Positions 30,884 through 40,446 of a stretch of 64,000 nucleotides of DNA are shown in pieces. Below the pieces are notes generated by a model. That model was given only the letters and a program-made list of their open reading frames with translations, was not told the origin of the DNA and did not search any database. How positions within the stretch are numbered: position 1 is the stretch's first letter; each line of letters opens with the position of its first letter. The position numbers were made by a program, and so were the translations under genes. The stretch is taken from the NCBI GenBank assembly GCA_000165345.1, contig CM000435.1:1184001-1248000 (forward strand), written 5' to 3'.

Positions 30884-32455
30884 TTACTCGTCATCATCAT
30901 CATCGTCAGCCTCATCTTCATCTTCACTCCCACCCTCCTCATCTCCATCGGAACTGCCACTACTTGAAGAATAAGACTCCTCATCATTTTCAAAGTCTTC
31001 GTCATCTTCATCATCACTTGGTAGGTCTTGCTCAAGAATAGACTTGGTTGATGATTCTTTCTTAGAAGAATCCTGATCTTTTGATCTAGAAGTTGTTCTT
31101 CTAGATGAAGAATCAAGACTCTCCTGAAGATTTTTAATTCTGATATTCTTTTCTTGTAAGAATTTTATGAGTGGATTATACTCAGCTTTATCAATACTTG
31201 TGAAACTGTAGTCACCTCCACCCCTAATTGTAATAGTTAATTCAAAGAATCTAGTTTGATTACCACCCATTCTTGAAAACTCAATATTCAAGATATCATC
31301 AAATCTAATTAATATTACAGGTTTTGTAATAAAAATGAAGCTACGATTAAGAGGATAAAGTAGACCATCCTGAGCCTTATATGAGCATCTAATACAGTGG
31401 TACATAGATGCAGATCTGAAATCTCCTGGAACTATGATTGAGTGCCCTGTTAGGGACTTTAAAATACGAGTAACTATATCCCAGAATTTACCGGTCATTA
31501 TAGGGGATAGCCCAGTGAACCTTTGAATTTCTTTTTCTGAAAGATTTAAAGGCATTTCAATATTCTCATCTTGTTGTGTATCAAATTGCATTACAACAAA
31601 TGGGTATTTTGTGTTTCCTTGTCTCATTGGAGTTTCTAATGCTACTACTAGGTTAACCAAGGATGTACCAGGCCTTGGGAGTAGAAATAGTCTGGAAATT
31701 GATTGGAATAAGATTGTATAATCGAAAGATTTACCATGGAGTTTTAAGCAGTTAACCAAAACTTCAATTTCGTATCTACCTCTTGGAACCAATAAGTGAA
31801 TATCATTCCAACGACAGACTTTGTCCATAGATCCACTAGATCCTATTCCTGTCAGCTTTAATAAATCAGATCTCAATTTTTCTGCTGATGACAAGGAATT
31901 TCCATCAAGGGAATTTTCTTGATTTGGTACGAATAAACGTATCTCCATTAATTCATCACAATCTTCTCCTGCATTAACTCCTTCATTGAACTCCAAAACT
32001 AACTCTGATTTAGATGGCATTGCTATTTGATTAATATTAATACTCGGAACATACATCATTACTTTGCCTTCATTACCTATACATATGGTATCATTGTGAA
32101 TAGTTAAATCTCCCCAATTAATTCCTTTTGTATTCAGCTCCTTAGTCTCCAAATTAATTCCATAATATGTCTCAAAATGGCTCTTAATTACACTATAATC
32201 TTCAGTCTTAAAACCTGTAAAGTGGATGCAATCCTTTTTTTCTCTGATAAATACTCTTAATTGACAGCTGCTATCCTCACAACTTGTTTGTATCCATTCA
32301 ACTCCCATAACTTCCTCTGGTTTATAATGATAAGTTGCATTTGTTCTTCTATTCTTCCACCCAAATAGTTCTTTACTTGCTTTAAATATTCCTTGGTCCT
32401 GGTAACCCAGCCCTCTAATATTTCCATAAGATAGTACTCCAGCGGTTGTCGCCAT
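30884..32455 (-). CDS. SSRP1: FACT complex subunit SSRP1/Pob3
   Basis: N-terminal MATTAGVLSYGNIRGLGYQDQ… (SSRP1 N-domain), PH-like middle region and a long Asp/Glu/Ser acidic C-terminus. No HMG box, so Pob3-type. Confidence 0.7.
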   Translation of the reverse strand: MATTAGVLSYGNIRGLGYQDQGIFKASKELFGWKNRRTNATYHYKPEEVMGVEWIQTSCEDSSCQLRVFIREKKDCIHFTGFKTEDYSVIKSHFETYYGINLETKELNTKGINWGDLTIHNDTICIGNEGKVMMYVPSININQIAMPSKSELVLEFNEGVNAGEDCDELMEIRLFVPNQENSLDGNSLSSAEKLRSDLLKLTGIGSSGSMDKVCRWNDIHLLVPRGRYEIEVLVNCLKLHGKSFDYTILFQSISRLFLLPRPGTSLVNLVVALETPMRQGNTKYPFVVMQFDTQQDENIEMPLNLSEKEIQRFTGLSPIMTGKFWDIVTRILKSLTGHSIIVPGDFRSASMYHCIRCSYKAQDGLLYPLNRSFIFITKPVILIRFDDILNIEFSRMGGNQTRFFELTITIRGGGDYSFTSIDKAEYNPLIKFLQEKNIRIKNLQESLDSSSRRTTSRSKDQDSSKKESSTKSILEQDLPSDDEDDEDFENDEESYSSSSGSSDGDEEGGSEDEDEADDDDDDE

Positions 32456-32852
32456 CTTATAGAGGATTACAATAGGCTCTCCAGTTAATCAAAACAATCG
32501 TCTATGTGTGTTAATATTTACTAAAAGTCTCAAAACTATCCTTTGATCAACTTACAATTATTATTTTATTATTTTATTTTCCTATTATTATTTACTCCAT
32601 AGTGGGGCAAAGGCGGTACCTTTCCTAAATATTACATAAAAACATTTAAAAAAATTGAATATTGTTTTAGATCAAATAATTAAAAGAAAATCTCAAACTA
32701 AAACTTCATAAATTGAAATAAACAAGTTCTATAAAATTGTTAAATCTTCAAAACATATTCCCTTCCCTTTGTCACATTAATCTAAAATATTCATTACTTT
32801 TCATTTGACTATAATTAAAATACTATTAGGCGGGAACATCCCAAATTCTGAA

Positions 32853-33983
32853 TTACTTGACAAAAAGAGAAATTGCTCTAATAATTTCTAAAGAGAGTGC
32901 AATACTTTGATCAAATGTATATTTTGATGAAATATTGCTAATATATCTGAGAATCTTGACCACTCCATTTCTGGTATAATCAAAAATTTGTTTGAAGTGG
33001 ATTTCTATATTAACAATAGGTCTTGCGAGTAGATCTATAAGATTATGACTAGGATTCAATAATTCCATTGGCCAAGGGAAAGGCTTGCTATAGCTTGAAA
33101 CTAAAACCCCATTTACAATTAAGTAGCCATCTGTTGTTAATGGAGCATACCTTCCCACATACTCGTAATTTTTTTGATTGCTGTTTACATTAGAAATTAT
33201 CGAGACTTGTGTTACCCACCCAACTCGCTCTTTTGAATAGATAATTACTGAGTCACCAACCCTAATATCCTTTGCTTGGATTGAAGTAAGTTTCTTTTTT
33301 TTCTCAAGTTGAGGAGTGACTTCAATTCCAATAGCTTTTTCAATTTGACTAGGATAATAACAATTTCCTTCGTGTGGTTTTTCTCCAAGGTATTGTATGA
33401 ATATTAGATGATTCGGAGAAAGAACCAGAGGTTTCTCCATCCCTAAATATTCTACTTGAATCCATTCATCATCCAAGTATATATTTTTATCTTTATGTAA
33501 CATTATTTCAACTTTGCTGTACTTAAATTTCATTGTGTTAAGATCTCTAATTAAAACATACTCTCCAATTCTTAAATCTTCCAACTTTATTTCTCCCCTT
33601 TCTCTAGTGATTACTAAGCTATTTCCTGGGAAACACAAATTATTTGATTGACTCTGAGCCCCACAATTTGGATTATAAGGATAATCATCCTCATCAAGTT
33701 CATTAGACAAGTAACCAATATTTATCAGTTGGCCTACACAGGAAGAGGGAAATGCTAATGAAATGGCATTTGAAATAACATTCCCCCACCCAGACCTAAA
33801 TCCGGTTCCTCCTGCTGACATTCCTGAAAATGTATCAAATATCGATTTGGTTCTAACTCGAATAAAACTTAGATTTGAATGAAATAAATCCACATTTTTG
33901 CGAGATTCTTTATTAAACCAGAATAATTCAACAAGTATAGTTAACCAGAGAAAGCAAATAATTTTTATATTATTAACTTTCAT
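32853..33983 (-). CDS. Secreted protein with a Hedgehog/intein-type Hint (Hog) autoprocessing domain
   Basis: Signal/anchor MKVNNIKIICFLWLTILVELFWF. About 115-aa N-terminal region ending …GAQSQSNNL, directly followed by CFPGNSLV…IGEYVLI…SPNHLIF…VGDSVIIY…YAPLTTDGYLIVNGVLVSSY. This parallels Drosophila Hh-C CFTPESTA…IGDRVLS…TPAHLVSV…YAPLTREGTIVVNSVAASCY. Confidence 0.65.
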   Translation of the reverse strand: MKVNNIKIICFLWLTILVELFWFNKESRKNVDLFHSNLSFIRVRTKSIFDTFSGMSAGGTGFRSGWGNVISNAISLAFPSSCVGQLINIGYLSNELDEDDYPYNPNCGAQSQSNNLCFPGNSLVITRERGEIKLEDLRIGEYVLIRDLNTMKFKYSKVEIMLHKDKNIYLDDEWIQVEYLGMEKPLVLSPNHLIFIQYLGEKPHEGNCYYPSQIEKAIGIEVTPQLEKKKKLTSIQAKDIRVGDSVIIYSKERVGWVTQVSIISNVNSNQKNYEYVGRYAPLTTDGYLIVNGVLVSSYSKPFPWPMELLNPSHNLIDLLARPIVNIEIHFKQIFDYTRNGVVKILRYISNISSKYTFDQSIALSLEIIRAISLFVK

Positions 33984-34230
33984 TTACTCAAACCAAACCT
34001 CAATATTTAGCTATATCATTAGATTAGTTAAAGTTACAAAAAAAATTTAATTAATAAAACTCTCTGCATTCAACCAATATCAATCTGGCTATTTTTTAGT
34101 TTGATTTAATTATTAATACAACTCTCCTTCTAGAACTTGATTCCTATATTCTTCCTTTTTTTTAATCACTACCACATTTTTATTAAATTGTCACTTATTG
34201 AAATTTGTGAGTACACACATTCAACTATTT

Positions 34231-34249
34231 GGCGCCACAATGCGGCGCC
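34231..34249. promoter_or_regulatory. Paired E2F-type boxes (TTTGGCGCCACAATGCGGCGCCAAA) in a divergent promoter
   Basis: Between the Hint-protein start (33983, -) and the RabGGT-alpha start (34367, +). Followed by TTGCCGGTAC at 34251-34260. Confidence 0.6.
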
Positions 34250-34366
34250 AAATTGCCGGTACTTGAAAAGATCAAAAAGAATTTTTGAAAAGAAGTCAAG
34301 TGGAAAAAAATTACAAATAAATAAATAACTAGAATTGTAAGCAAAATTTATACAAACCTAGATTAA

Positions 34367-36070
34367 ATGCATGGCAGAGTGAAGAGCGAGCAGAAGGAAC
34401 TTACTGAGGAGGAAAAGCAGTACATAGCAAGAGCAAAGCGGCTTTTTGATGAATGCATAGAGTTAATTAATCAAGATCAAAAAGAGTCAACCTTTTCAGT
34501 AAAAACTTTGGAATTAACTGAAAAGATTTTGAAGATTAATACAGAAGTAGCAACTATGTGGAATTTCAGGAAAAGCTACATTATTTCTGAGCAAAGCAAT
34601 ACACAACTTATTGATAATATATTAAACAATGAATTAATATTGACAGAAAGTCTGTTCAAAAATGACCCAAAATCTTACAATCTTTGGTCAAATAGAGCCT
34701 GGTTACTTGAGTTTATTGTGAATCTTAAGGATGCTGACAAAATTCTACTTAAGGTTGAAGAAGATTATTTGAAGAATATTTCAAATTTTGATAACTTAAA
34801 TTATATACAACCATTTAAAGAGTCCTTAGCTAAGTACAGCAATATAAGATTAAAGTTATTGATAAATGAATTAGAGCTTTGCAATAGGTTATTTGAAGTA
34901 GATGATCGCAATTTCCATTGTTGGAGACATCGATCATTTGTTCTTTGTTGTTTAAGATATATTTCTGTTATTATATCATGGAACACCTTTCTAGAAGAAA
35001 TGCAACTACAAGAACTAGAATTCCTTAATAGAATGACAGAAACCAATTTTTCAAATTATTCTGCTTGGCATCATAGGACTTTACTTGCGTTTGGACACCA
35101 ATTTAACAGCATAAAAGACTTTAATAGAGAAGCAGAGTTTGTGCATACAGCAATTTATACTGAACCAAATGATCAGAGTATTTGGCAATACTATTTTTGG
35201 CTAATGGGTGACTTTCTTCCTAAGATACTCTTTAAAAATGAACAATTTAAAGTAACTCCATCATTTCATATCAAAGATTTACAGGTTGAATTTCCTGAAA
35301 ACAAAGATGATCAAATAGTAATTCACATTAAATTTTCATTACCTTGTTTGATTAATAGTTCTACATCAAGCCTATCAATAGAATCTGATGATGGTTCCAC
35401 AATCACTTTTGAAAAAGGTACCTGGGAACCAATTTATGAGGACTATGCAAGCATCTATGGCTTTTTTAACTCCAAACTAAACTCTGATTTTGACAATAAA
35501 CGTAAAAAACGAACTGCAACTTGGAGTTATTCTTTATCTCTAAAAGAAAATTCCCAAGATGAAATTAGATCCATCACTAATTTACTAAGTAATTCCCCAT
35601 CCATTTTTCTAATAATATCTGCTGCACATTCTGATACAACATATACAAACACTCCATCTTGGAACTTAAATGACCCAGAATATAAAAATGAAACGTTTTC
35701 ATCACTCAGAATTAGTCCAAAATTAATTTTGGATGAATACAAATTCTACAGTTTTAATACACGTACAAATGACAATATAGTTACTTGTAAATATTATTTT
35801 CAGTCAGAATCTTCCAAATCTCAACTTAGAGAATGGATTGGAATTCTTCAAAGTGAATTTGACCTTTTAAAGAGCATACAAGAATTAGAGCCTGAATGTA
35901 AATATCCTATAATAGCACTTAAGTATGTAAATGACATCTATCATCTATGCTCTCCGCCAGATATTGCGGAGAATGAAAAAATGAAAGTGGATCCAGAAAT
36001 GATAAAACTGCTACCAACTATAGATCCTCTAAGAAAATTATACTATAGTGAAAAGTTCAATATTGCATAA
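34367..36070 (+). CDS. Protein prenyltransferase alpha subunit, Rab geranylgeranyltransferase alpha-like
   Basis: Repeated PPTA motifs: KSYNLWSNRAWLL, NFHCWRHRSFVL, NYSAWHHRTLL, plus an N-terminal helical repeat. Extra ~250-aa C-terminal region as in RabGGT-alpha. Confidence 0.65.
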   Translation: MHGRVKSEQKELTEEEKQYIARAKRLFDECIELINQDQKESTFSVKTLELTEKILKINTEVATMWNFRKSYIISEQSNTQLIDNILNNELILTESLFKNDPKSYNLWSNRAWLLEFIVNLKDADKILLKVEEDYLKNISNFDNLNYIQPFKESLAKYSNIRLKLLINELELCNRLFEVDDRNFHCWRHRSFVLCCLRYISVIISWNTFLEEMQLQELEFLNRMTETNFSNYSAWHHRTLLAFGHQFNSIKDFNREAEFVHTAIYTEPNDQSIWQYYFWLMGDFLPKILFKNEQFKVTPSFHIKDLQVEFPENKDDQIVIHIKFSLPCLINSSTSSLSIESDDGSTITFEKGTWEPIYEDYASIYGFFNSKLNSDFDNKRKKRTATWSYSLSLKENSQDEIRSITNLLSNSPSIFLIISAAHSDTTYTNTPSWNLNDPEYKNETFSSLRISPKLILDEYKFYSFNTRTNDNIVTCKYYFQSESSKSQLREWIGILQSEFDLLKSIQELEPECKYPIIALKYVNDIYHLCSPPDIAENEKMKVDPEMIKLLPTIDPLRKLYYSEKFNIA

Positions 36071-36161
36071 TATTCACAAAATTCCCAATACAAATTGAGG
36101 AAAATACCTGTAAGATGAGCTATATTCAAATTAGGGAGGAATCCATCATTCGAAAAAACTC

Positions 36162-36755
36162 TTATAAGACAATTTCCTCCTGATCGTCTTCCATATCCAT
36201 CATGCTAACATCTGTGTTACCACTAAATTTATCTATAAATGATTTTCTCTTTTCAACGATCTTATTCATTTTCTTCTCGCTCTTTTTAAGAGCTTTCTGG
36301 CGAGAAATATCACTCATTGTTGTTGTTTGTGCTAAAGGAATTTCAGGTCCCTTTAGTAATGTAGCATTTCTCTCAGTTTCCTTATCAACTAAAGTCCTCT
36401 GTGTCTGCTGCTGCTTCATTAATCTAGTCTTGTAGAATCTCTCCTTTCTTGATTCCTTAATCTTTTCCACCAATTTCATTGCCTTGATTGTCTTAATATA
36501 TAGCTCTCTGTCATATCTTATTGGGCAATTCCTCTTCTTTTCAAATTCAAATGTAGTATCCATAATCATTTCTTTTCCACGAGTCTTTCTATATGCCTTG
36601 GTCCATTTGGACTTTCTTGGGTTATGCTTCATCTTAAAATGTCTATGGCATTTACTTCTGCAAAACCTGAAAATTTTGGCATCATTTCTTACAAAAGTTA
36701 CACCGTGACCTGGATATATATTACTTGAACAGTACCAACACTTCTCAATACGCAT
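36162..36755 (-). CDS. RLP24: Ribosome biogenesis protein RLP24 (ribosomal L24e-like)
   Basis: MRIEKCWYCSSNIYPGHGVTFVRNDAKIFRFCRSKCHRHFKMKHNPRKSKWTKAYRK is near-identical in pattern to RLP24 [57 protein letters not shown]. Confidence 0.9.
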   Translation of the reverse strand: MRIEKCWYCSSNIYPGHGVTFVRNDAKIFRFCRSKCHRHFKMKHNPRKSKWTKAYRKTRGKEMIMDTTFEFEKKRNCPIRYDRELYIKTIKAMKLVEKIKESRKERFYKTRLMKQQQTQRTLVDKETERNATLLKGPEIPLAQTTTMSDISRQKALKKSEKKMNKIVEKRKSFIDKFSGNTDVSMMDMEDDQEEIVL

Positions 36756-37069
36756 ATTTTCTGTGCTCTTCTATTATACAGTCAAATGCTACTCTTGGGA
36801 CAACGCACTTCTTCTTTTATAAATGTATCAATCTTTTAGTTCAAAGTCTGACTTCAAGCTAACTTGTCTCTTAGAATGTTACTTTATATCAGACGTTTCA
36901 AATTCCTTAGATTACTTATAGCTCTACTCGAGATACTAGAACTACACCTGAATTGTTCCAAATACTTTTCCAGCCCTCTTTCTACTACTTTTATAGTTAT
37001 CCCCTTGTAACTTATGTTTTTTTATTCCCTCCTTTTTATTTATCTATTATTATTAGTCAAAAAATACAT

Positions 37070-37098
37070 GGCGCCAAAATGGGTCCACATGTGGCGCC
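37070..37098. promoter_or_regulatory. Paired GGCGCC boxes (GGCGCCAAAATGGGTCCACATGTGGCGCC) in a divergent promoter
   Basis: Between the RLP24 start (36755, -) and the Slt11-like start (37217, +). Confidence 0.6.
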
Positions 37099-37216
37099 AT
37101 TAGCAACAATATAATAATAAAGAAAATCTGAAAATTGATTAAAGTAATTACAGAAAGACCGGCAAGAGTTTGCCTTAATGCCCTTAAAGTAGGTTTAGAG
37201 AAGGGAGGTTTGAAGA

Positions 37217-37777
37217 ATGTCTCACGGTTTAAGTTATGAGGACTGCAATTTCCCCATTGTATGCGACAGATGCTTGGGTGAAAGCAAGTTTCTCAGAATG
37301 ACAAAATCAAACCAAGAAAGATCTTGCAAGATTTGCAATCGACCATGCACAATGTTTCGCTGGAAGCTTCACAATTCCAAAAAATACAATCAAACCACAA
37401 TATGTTATTCTTGTGGTAAAATCAAGAATGTATGCCAATCATGCGTAAGTGATTTAAACTTTGGATTATCATTATATGCCAGAGATGACTATATAAAGAG
37501 TAAAAAAGAACAAGGAGATGAAACTGCTCTTCAAATTATGAATATTCCGGATAGCGTAGATAACAGGGATCATTTCATGGAGAATAAATTGAATGGAAAT
37601 GATGAAACCTTTATTAAGAGAATTGATGAAAACCAGAAAAAGAGAAAGGAAATATTAAAAAAGATTTTGGCAAAGGATGACAAAATTGAAGCAAAAGAAG
37701 TGACCAATTATAGTAAGAATACCACAGAATGTGGCTCTAGTTCTAAAACTACAATCAAAAGTATTTCGAAAAATTGA
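37217..37777 (+). CDS. Slt11/Ecm2/RBM22-family zinc-finger splicing factor, short form lacking the RRM
   Basis: CDRCLGESKFLRMTKSNQERSCKICNRPCTMFRWK…TTICYSCGKIKNVCQSCVSDLNFGL matches the RBM22/Slt11 N-terminal Cys pattern (CxRC…CKIC.RPFT.F.W…C..C.K.KN.CQ.C..DL.FGL). Confidence 0.55.
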   Translation: MSHGLSYEDCNFPIVCDRCLGESKFLRMTKSNQERSCKICNRPCTMFRWKLHNSKKYNQTTICYSCGKIKNVCQSCVSDLNFGLSLYARDDYIKSKKEQGDETALQIMNIPDSVDNRDHFMENKLNGNDETFIKRIDENQKKRKEILKKILAKDDKIEAKEVTNYSKNTTECGSSSKTTIKSISKN

Positions 37778-37927
37778 ATACTTAATACTTTAATAAGTAT
37801 ATTTGTAGCCATAATGCCACTATATATAAATGCATACATTTCATTATACAAATATATTTTTCATAAAAGCCTTCTAATAGTTAAAAATCTGTTGCTAATT
37901 TTTTTTTTTTATCAATTCGATGTCAAG

Positions 37928-39922
37928 TCATTCATTTACCTCATCACTTTGTATCATTTCTGAAACTACATGATCACTGGAAGATGATTGCTCGGAAGGC
38001 TCTGCTGCCTGACCTGAAGTAGTTTTGTCTAAAATATTAATGGTATTTGAGCTTTTTTGGCCGGCTTGAAGGAACAATTTATCATCCTGCTCACCTTGCG
38101 TTGGTGTGATCAACCTTTCGCTGTTGTCTTTTTGAAGTTCATTGAGCATTCCAACTTCACGACTCTGAGAATCTACTTCATTCAAATCATTGATAATCTC
38201 TGATTCAACTTCAGCTCCAACTATTTGGTCATTATCATCGTTTTCTATATCTCTAATTTCCTTTTCTGCTTCTTGCTCCAACTTTTGTTCCTCTTTAATC
38301 ATCTCCTCATTCCTTCTATTAATGCTATCAGAGAGCTTCTCAAATTCTTCTTTAGACGGTAGTTCAAGGCCTTCTTTTAAGCCCTGATCTTCACTATTCT
38401 CTGGATTTGCCTCAATTAAATTCACAATCTTTTCTCCACCAGCCTTATTATTTGCTTCCAATTTGTTCAGAATGCTCATTCCTCTGAACGATGGCTGATC
38501 ATACATACTTTCTGCCAACTCCTCCTCCTCCTGTTCTTCCTTATTCTTGGAGATTTGTTTATTTTGAATCTTGGCCTTTTTTTTCTTAATCGCATTTCTT
38601 CTCTTCTTTCTCTTATTTTTCTGAACATCTTTTTGAATTTCTTCTACAACCTCACTCGATTGTTCAAAATTATCTTCTTTATCATCGCCAACTTCATTAT
38701 TATTTCTAATTTCTTCCCCAAGCTCTTTTGCTATTAAATCAACTTTTCCCTCTCCAAATGAAACTGAGCTTAGCTCTTTTGAAATATCCTCGCCTTGAGC
38801 TTCTGTTGAATCGGTATCTGTATCTGTGCTTGCCTCTGTACTTGAACCTTCCGAAAAGTCAGATATTCTATTCTCAATTTCCTTTTTATCATCTGGATGA
38901 ACTAAAGCAAGAACTTCCTCTGATAACTCCTTCAAATTGATATTTACCATGTGAGCAATAGTCTTTGGTGAAACTACTCCAGAAATTGTCTTGTCCCCAA
39001 TTAGCCAAGTTGGATAAGATGTGATTTTTTCTTCAACACAACTTGTCCAAGAATTTCTATTCTGATCAAAGTTGCAGTCAAAATATGAATTATTGTCTTT
39101 AAGTACTTGAATAGCTGCTTTTCCCCACTCCAGTTCAGTTGCAATTGCTGCAGGTGAAGTACTTATTGTGTAATATTTTCCTCCAGATTCTACATACCTT
39201 TCAATAATCCTTCTATTGATTATTTCCTCTCCTTTAGTTAGTTTTCTAATATTCATAACTTCTGAAGTTAGGTCTTTTACTTTTCCAGTAATTTGATAGT
39301 TTCTTGAATACATCATAAATATAAACACAATAGAACTTGCAACAACTATTCCAAATAACCTGAAACTTTCTGTATAAGTACTAAGAACTCCAGGTATCCA
39401 TGTTAAAATAAGAGCTAAACCAATTACAGAAGACTTGAGTAAAAATGTCACTGATCTAGTATTATATTCAAATAAGCCAATAAACAAGAAGTAGCAACTC
39501 ATAATTGCAATAAAGTTAGTCATCATGAAAACTATTCTATTCCATATTCCAATGCTATCTATCCAATTCAAAATAGAAGAAGTATAACCCTCAGCATTTT
39601 CGTATAGATTTGAGTAGGTATAATTTGAATTATAGCTTCTGTACTCTTTAAATCTTTCCCCATCTTCAAACTCTATTTCATTTTGAGCTTTCATGTACGA
39701 AAATGAAGTTGCAATTAACAATGAAATCTCAGCCAATAAAGAGTATACTGATAATGGTATTCCACAAATCCACCAAGCCTTGCTTTCCAATAGTTGGTGG
39801 TCATATATTGACCAGTTTTTATCCATATTATTTAGATAATACAAATCTAATATACTCAAAATTATGCAAACTGACCAGCAAGCCAATAGCACTGGCATTG
39901 TAAAAGCACTAAAAACGCTCAT
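37928..39922 (-). CDS. Multi-pass membrane protein with an acidic low-complexity C-terminus
   Basis: At least 6 hydrophobic segments in the first ~230 aa, then a soluble region and an E/D/S-rich tail with KKRKKRR. No catalytic motif confirmed. Confidence 0.5.
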   Translation of the reverse strand: MSVFSAFTMPVLLACWSVCIILSILDLYYLNNMDKNWSIYDHQLLESKAWWICGIPLSVYSLLAEISLLIATSFSYMKAQNEIEFEDGERFKEYRSYNSNYTYSNLYENAEGYTSSILNWIDSIGIWNRIVFMMTNFIAIMSCYFLFIGLFEYNTRSVTFLLKSSVIGLALILTWIPGVLSTYTESFRLFGIVVASSIVFIFMMYSRNYQITGKVKDLTSEVMNIRKLTKGEEIINRRIIERYVESGGKYYTISTSPAAIATELEWGKAAIQVLKDNNSYFDCNFDQNRNSWTSCVEEKITSYPTWLIGDKTISGVVSPKTIAHMVNINLKELSEEVLALVHPDDKKEIENRISDFSEGSSTEASTDTDTDSTEAQGEDISKELSSVSFGEGKVDLIAKELGEEIRNNNEVGDDKEDNFEQSSEVVEEIQKDVQKNKRKKRRNAIKKKKAKIQNKQISKNKEEQEEEELAESMYDQPSFRGMSILNKLEANNKAGGEKIVNLIEANPENSEDQGLKEGLELPSKEEFEKLSDSINRRNEEMIKEEQKLEQEAEKEIRDIENDDNDQIVGAEVESEIINDLNEVDSQSREVGMLNELQKDNSERLITPTQGEQDDKLFLQAGQKSSNTINILDKTTSGQAAEPSEQSSSSDHVVSEMIQSDEVNE

Positions 39923-40446
39923 CTTAAAATTTAAAACTATCCATATAAAATTTGAATTACTATATTAATTTTCTATTATTTGATTTTGGGTGCAAAATTT
40001 ATATTGATTACCGAGCACACTAAATTTTCAATACACTATTCGGGAAAAGCTAACAAGCCTAAATTCACACTTTAACAAATCATTAGATTTTAATCTCAAT
40101 AGTAACATTATAGAGAAAATTTGTTCAATGTAGTACTATTTGGTTTATTAATCAATAATTGGTTTTGTAGAATTTAGTGTAATGTTAACAATTTTAGATT
40201 AATTTTAGAATAAAAAATGAAATGGAGACTATTAGACAAATAAATAAACCAGAAAGATTTAAACTCTAATATAAAGAGGGCTTCAACGAATTCTACTTCC
40301 TAATTTATAATTATTTTTTTTCAAAACTTAATTTGGACTTGAATATTAAAAATGCACCTTTTTGGCGGCATATGTGGGCAGAAAAGCATGTATATCTTGA
40401 TTTTTTTTTAATATGGAAATAAGTGTAAAAATAATTAAAGAATACC

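Noticed and set aside
37928-39922. VKOR-thioredoxin fusion interpretation of the multi-pass membrane protein
   Set aside because: I considered it because of CWSVC and a Trx-like SYPTWLIGDKTISG stretch. The diagnostic VKOR CXXC in TM4 and the Trx CXXC are not present at the right positions.
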